64,000 nt of DNA from Podarcis melisellensis (lineage: Eukaryota): NCBI GenBank assembly GCA_964234715.1, contig OZ174287.1; one strand, written 5' to 3'. Both the position numbers and the translations under genes were made by a program. The notes under the pieces are model-generated. The model did no database searches and was not told the DNA's origin. It was given only the letters and a program-made list of their open reading frames with translations. Position 1 is the first letter of the stretch. Each line of letters starts with the position of its first letter. Of the stretch, positions 60,998-64,000 are shown piece after piece.

Positions 60998-63249
60998 TAG
61001 TCCCAGGAACAAAAGACAGAGCAAAATGATAAATCTAAACTTCAGATAATTCCTTCTAAGGAAGCCAACTGTATTTTAGATTAGTATCTGTGTCTACCTG
61101 AAAAATTAAGACAGCATTTTGTAATTAAGAAACTGGCTTAATCTACCATTACTTAAAAGTAAAATATTGACTATCTCAGATGGCATCTTTGTCTTTATGC
61201 CTACCTACTCATGAATAACCTATACATTCTCACCTTTGATTAATGGAAGGAGTAGCATATGTTAAACTGTTTCACTGCTCTGCTGCTTAAAGTGCAGATG
61301 GTCAGTCATTAGTGGTCCTTGACTGGCTGGAATACCAGTATACAGGGCTGTGTATGTACTCAATTTCACAGTACATAATTCCCCCAAAATATAATTTCTC
61401 TTTCTCTCTCATGTACACACACACACACACTTTTTTTCTAGTCCTTATGATCACCGTTTCCTCTTGCCAGAAAACTGCAATGATCTCTCATCACACATAA
61501 TTTATACTGCTTACAGAGCACAGCTTATCTTGCTGCAGAATTTGGGGTTCCAATCACTGCTGAATTTTGATTCCTTTTGCAAAGCGCCTGCAGTCCTGCC
61601 TGTATATATTATCAAGAAGGCTATGATTACAAAACCACCTTGGTTAAAAGAACATCGAGTTTAAGTGATGTAAGCCACCGTGTTAAAAAATTGTATTAGA
61701 AAGGTGGGATGTGCATCTTTATATAAATAAAAATAAAGCTAATAAGCTTAAAGGGATTTCACTTCTAGCTTAATCCTGCACATGCTCACTTGGAATTAAA
61801 TTGTATTTTGATCAATGGGGCTTGGTGTCAGGTGGGTGCAGAACTGCAGCTAAAGTCTTGAAAGTTAATCAAATAGGAAGTAGCCTGGTAGCTGTTTTCT
61901 ATCCTGTCACAAGAAAATCCAAAGGGAAAGTGGTTAATGGAAAATATATTAGCAACCCCCCCCCACTTAGACAAGAGTTATATTCTGGGCTCCCACACAC
62001 ATTTCTGAAATCCTATAAAGTGAGGAAAACCCTTTAAACACCCTCTGCTACACTCACTTCAATCCATACAAAAAATACTGTATCCAAAAATACCCACAGC
62101 TAGAACTAAAGCCAGCAGGAGGCTGAAGTGGCGGCTGTGTTACCCTGCACATCAGTTGTTAGGCGGGAAGGAACAGTGGTTGAAAAACACTGGTCTAGTG
62201 CACCACCTAACATTATTTCTTTGTATGTTTCCCTTCTGTTGCAAGGACCTGGGTGTCCTGGTTAGGGAGTAGTAACTACTTGTACTGGAGTTTACATTTC
62301 CAATTATTTATTTATTCATTCTATAAACTGGTGATTGCCGGATTCACACATGTCAAAAAAGCAATCTGTTTTGCCTGTAGTGAGGCTAATGTCATTGTTT
62401 CTACAAAAATCCTGCATTTCAAAGACTTTGTTATTAATGACAGGTTCTTACTTATTTGCAAGACAAATTACAACACCAACATGAAGAGAAAATGTAATGT
62501 TTAAAAACACAGAATCAACAATAAATGTAAAATTTATCACAAATCAGTAGATCTGATGCATCAGCACAGCTGAATCGACCTTTAGGCAGGGCCTGTGCAA
62601 ACAGGTGAGTGGCAGGTTCCTAAATGCCAGTATTATCTGCCTGCCTGATGTTAATTGGAAGCACATTCTAAAGGACAGGTGCTGCTGTGCTAAAGCCTCT
62701 GGTCTTAGTAGACATAAGACCAATCTCAGGAGCATCCAGCACTGTTTCTTCTGGCGATCAAAGTCACCAGGTGGGAGTATACAAGGTAAGGTGTAATAGC
62801 TTGTATAACTTGGCTTTGTATGTAAGCTTTGTACATATGTCAACAGCAAGACCTTAAATTTGGCTGGCGGCTTACTGGCACCCAGTGCAGCTTTTTCAAT
62901 ACAGGTGTTATTTGCTGTTGGCAGGGCACCTCTTTAACAGCTTTGTGGCAGTTTCCAAACCAAACCAATTGCAACGATCCACTTCTGACTTTTGTGACAT
63001 TCTGGTTGGCCCTATTGCTATGGAAGATGTTGTATTGATTTGTTTGGGGGGGGGCGTCAGTTGCTGTGCATATTTAAGATGCTGTAGCCTTCATTCTATT
63101 TTTCTAGAGAAACACAGAAACTGAACTTCCGTTGAGAATTTCAGACGGAACGAGGACCATTGTCCCTGCTTTCTCTAGCTAACAGCACCTGATTGAACTC
63201 CAGTTCCCACAATTCTGGGAGGAGAGGGCTATTAAATAAAAGAAAGTGT

Positions 63250-63345
63250 GTCTGGTTTTTAACCAGAAGGTTGGTGGTTCAAGACCACCCAGGGATGGCC
63301 GTGGATGACTCTCACGGTCCTTTCCAGCTCTTAAGATTCTATGAC
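63250..63345 (+). mobile_element. tRNA-derived SINE fragment with CR1-type tail
   Basis: TTAACCAGAAGGTTGGTGGTTCAAGACCACCCAGGGA followed by GGTCCTTTCCAGCTCTTAAGATTCTATGA. Confidence 0.6.
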
Positions 63346-63519
63346 ATGTTTGGAGCGGTGGGGTGGCGGCCTCCTATTCAGAAAGCAAACCGTAAAGACT
63401 GCCTATACTCCCAAAAAGCATCTGCAGAACAGAGGAAGAATTCTGATTATTCATTTACACGTTGCTAAAGGTAGCATCTAGAACTTTGAAGCGCCAGTTA
63501 TTTCAGTGTAAAGTATGCA

Positions 63520-63960
63520 AGCGACGGGTGTAACTCTAAGGGGGTCCCCTGCTCAGCCTCTGTGTCCGCGTAAACCTCAGCAAAAGAAACGGGACTGCGC
63601 TCCCAGTTAGCACCGTTCTTTCTCTGCACATCTATGCCAGCTCCGATTGGTCGAATCCCGAGGGTGCGCCCGCAAAGGGATGTCGGCGTTATAGAACTAG
63701 ACAAAGTGAAGAGCCACCAACGCCGCCGCTGTTCGTGACATTCCCTAACAGCGCAATCAATGTTATTGAGTCCAGCGGAGCTTGCTTTCAGGTCAGTGTG
63801 TAGAGAGGACTGCAGCCTAACACAATAGAGTTTTCCCTTTTGCTTTCCAATGCACAGCATAGGGGCCGATCCTATACACACCTGGGAGTTAAGTCCGTCG
63901 AATTCAGCAAGTCTTGCTTCGGGGGAGGCGCCCCTTCGCCAACCTGGTGCCCTGCCATCA
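63520..63960. promoter_or_regulatory. Rising CpG density, possibly the edge of the next gene's promoter (EPN1 expected by synteny)
   Basis: Many CpGs and CCAAT boxes (GATTGG near 63645); no coding sequence visible. Confidence 0.3.
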
Positions 63961-64000
63961 GCTCATTGATTTAATTTCTGTTTTTCACTCCTGGGACGAA

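Overview
Vertebrate genomic DNA, most likely from a lacertid lizard, judged from a Sauria SINE, a Squam3-type SINE, BovB, a Penelope-type element and many small hAT/Tc1 elements. Gene order matches the block I recall from human 19q13.42. The window holds the 3' part of ZNF865 (+, 20 C2H2 fingers, 5'-truncated), a ZNF784 homologue (-) with an unusual duplicated three-finger module, a single ZNF581/ZNF580/ZNF524-family gene (-), CCDC106 (+, 5 coding exons, 326 aa) and U2AF2 (+, 12 exons, 466 aa). All exon boundaries were read by hand from GT/AG sites and frame. The most notable signals concern splicing: an array of decoy 3' splice sites and poison-exon candidates in U2AF2 intron 9 (possible autoregulation), a ~620-nt near-AG-free pyrimidine zone before the last CCDC106 exon, a divergent 30-nt U2AF2 exon 3, and a 150-nt palindrome in U2AF2 intron 7. 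Comparisons with human proteins are from memory, not from a search.
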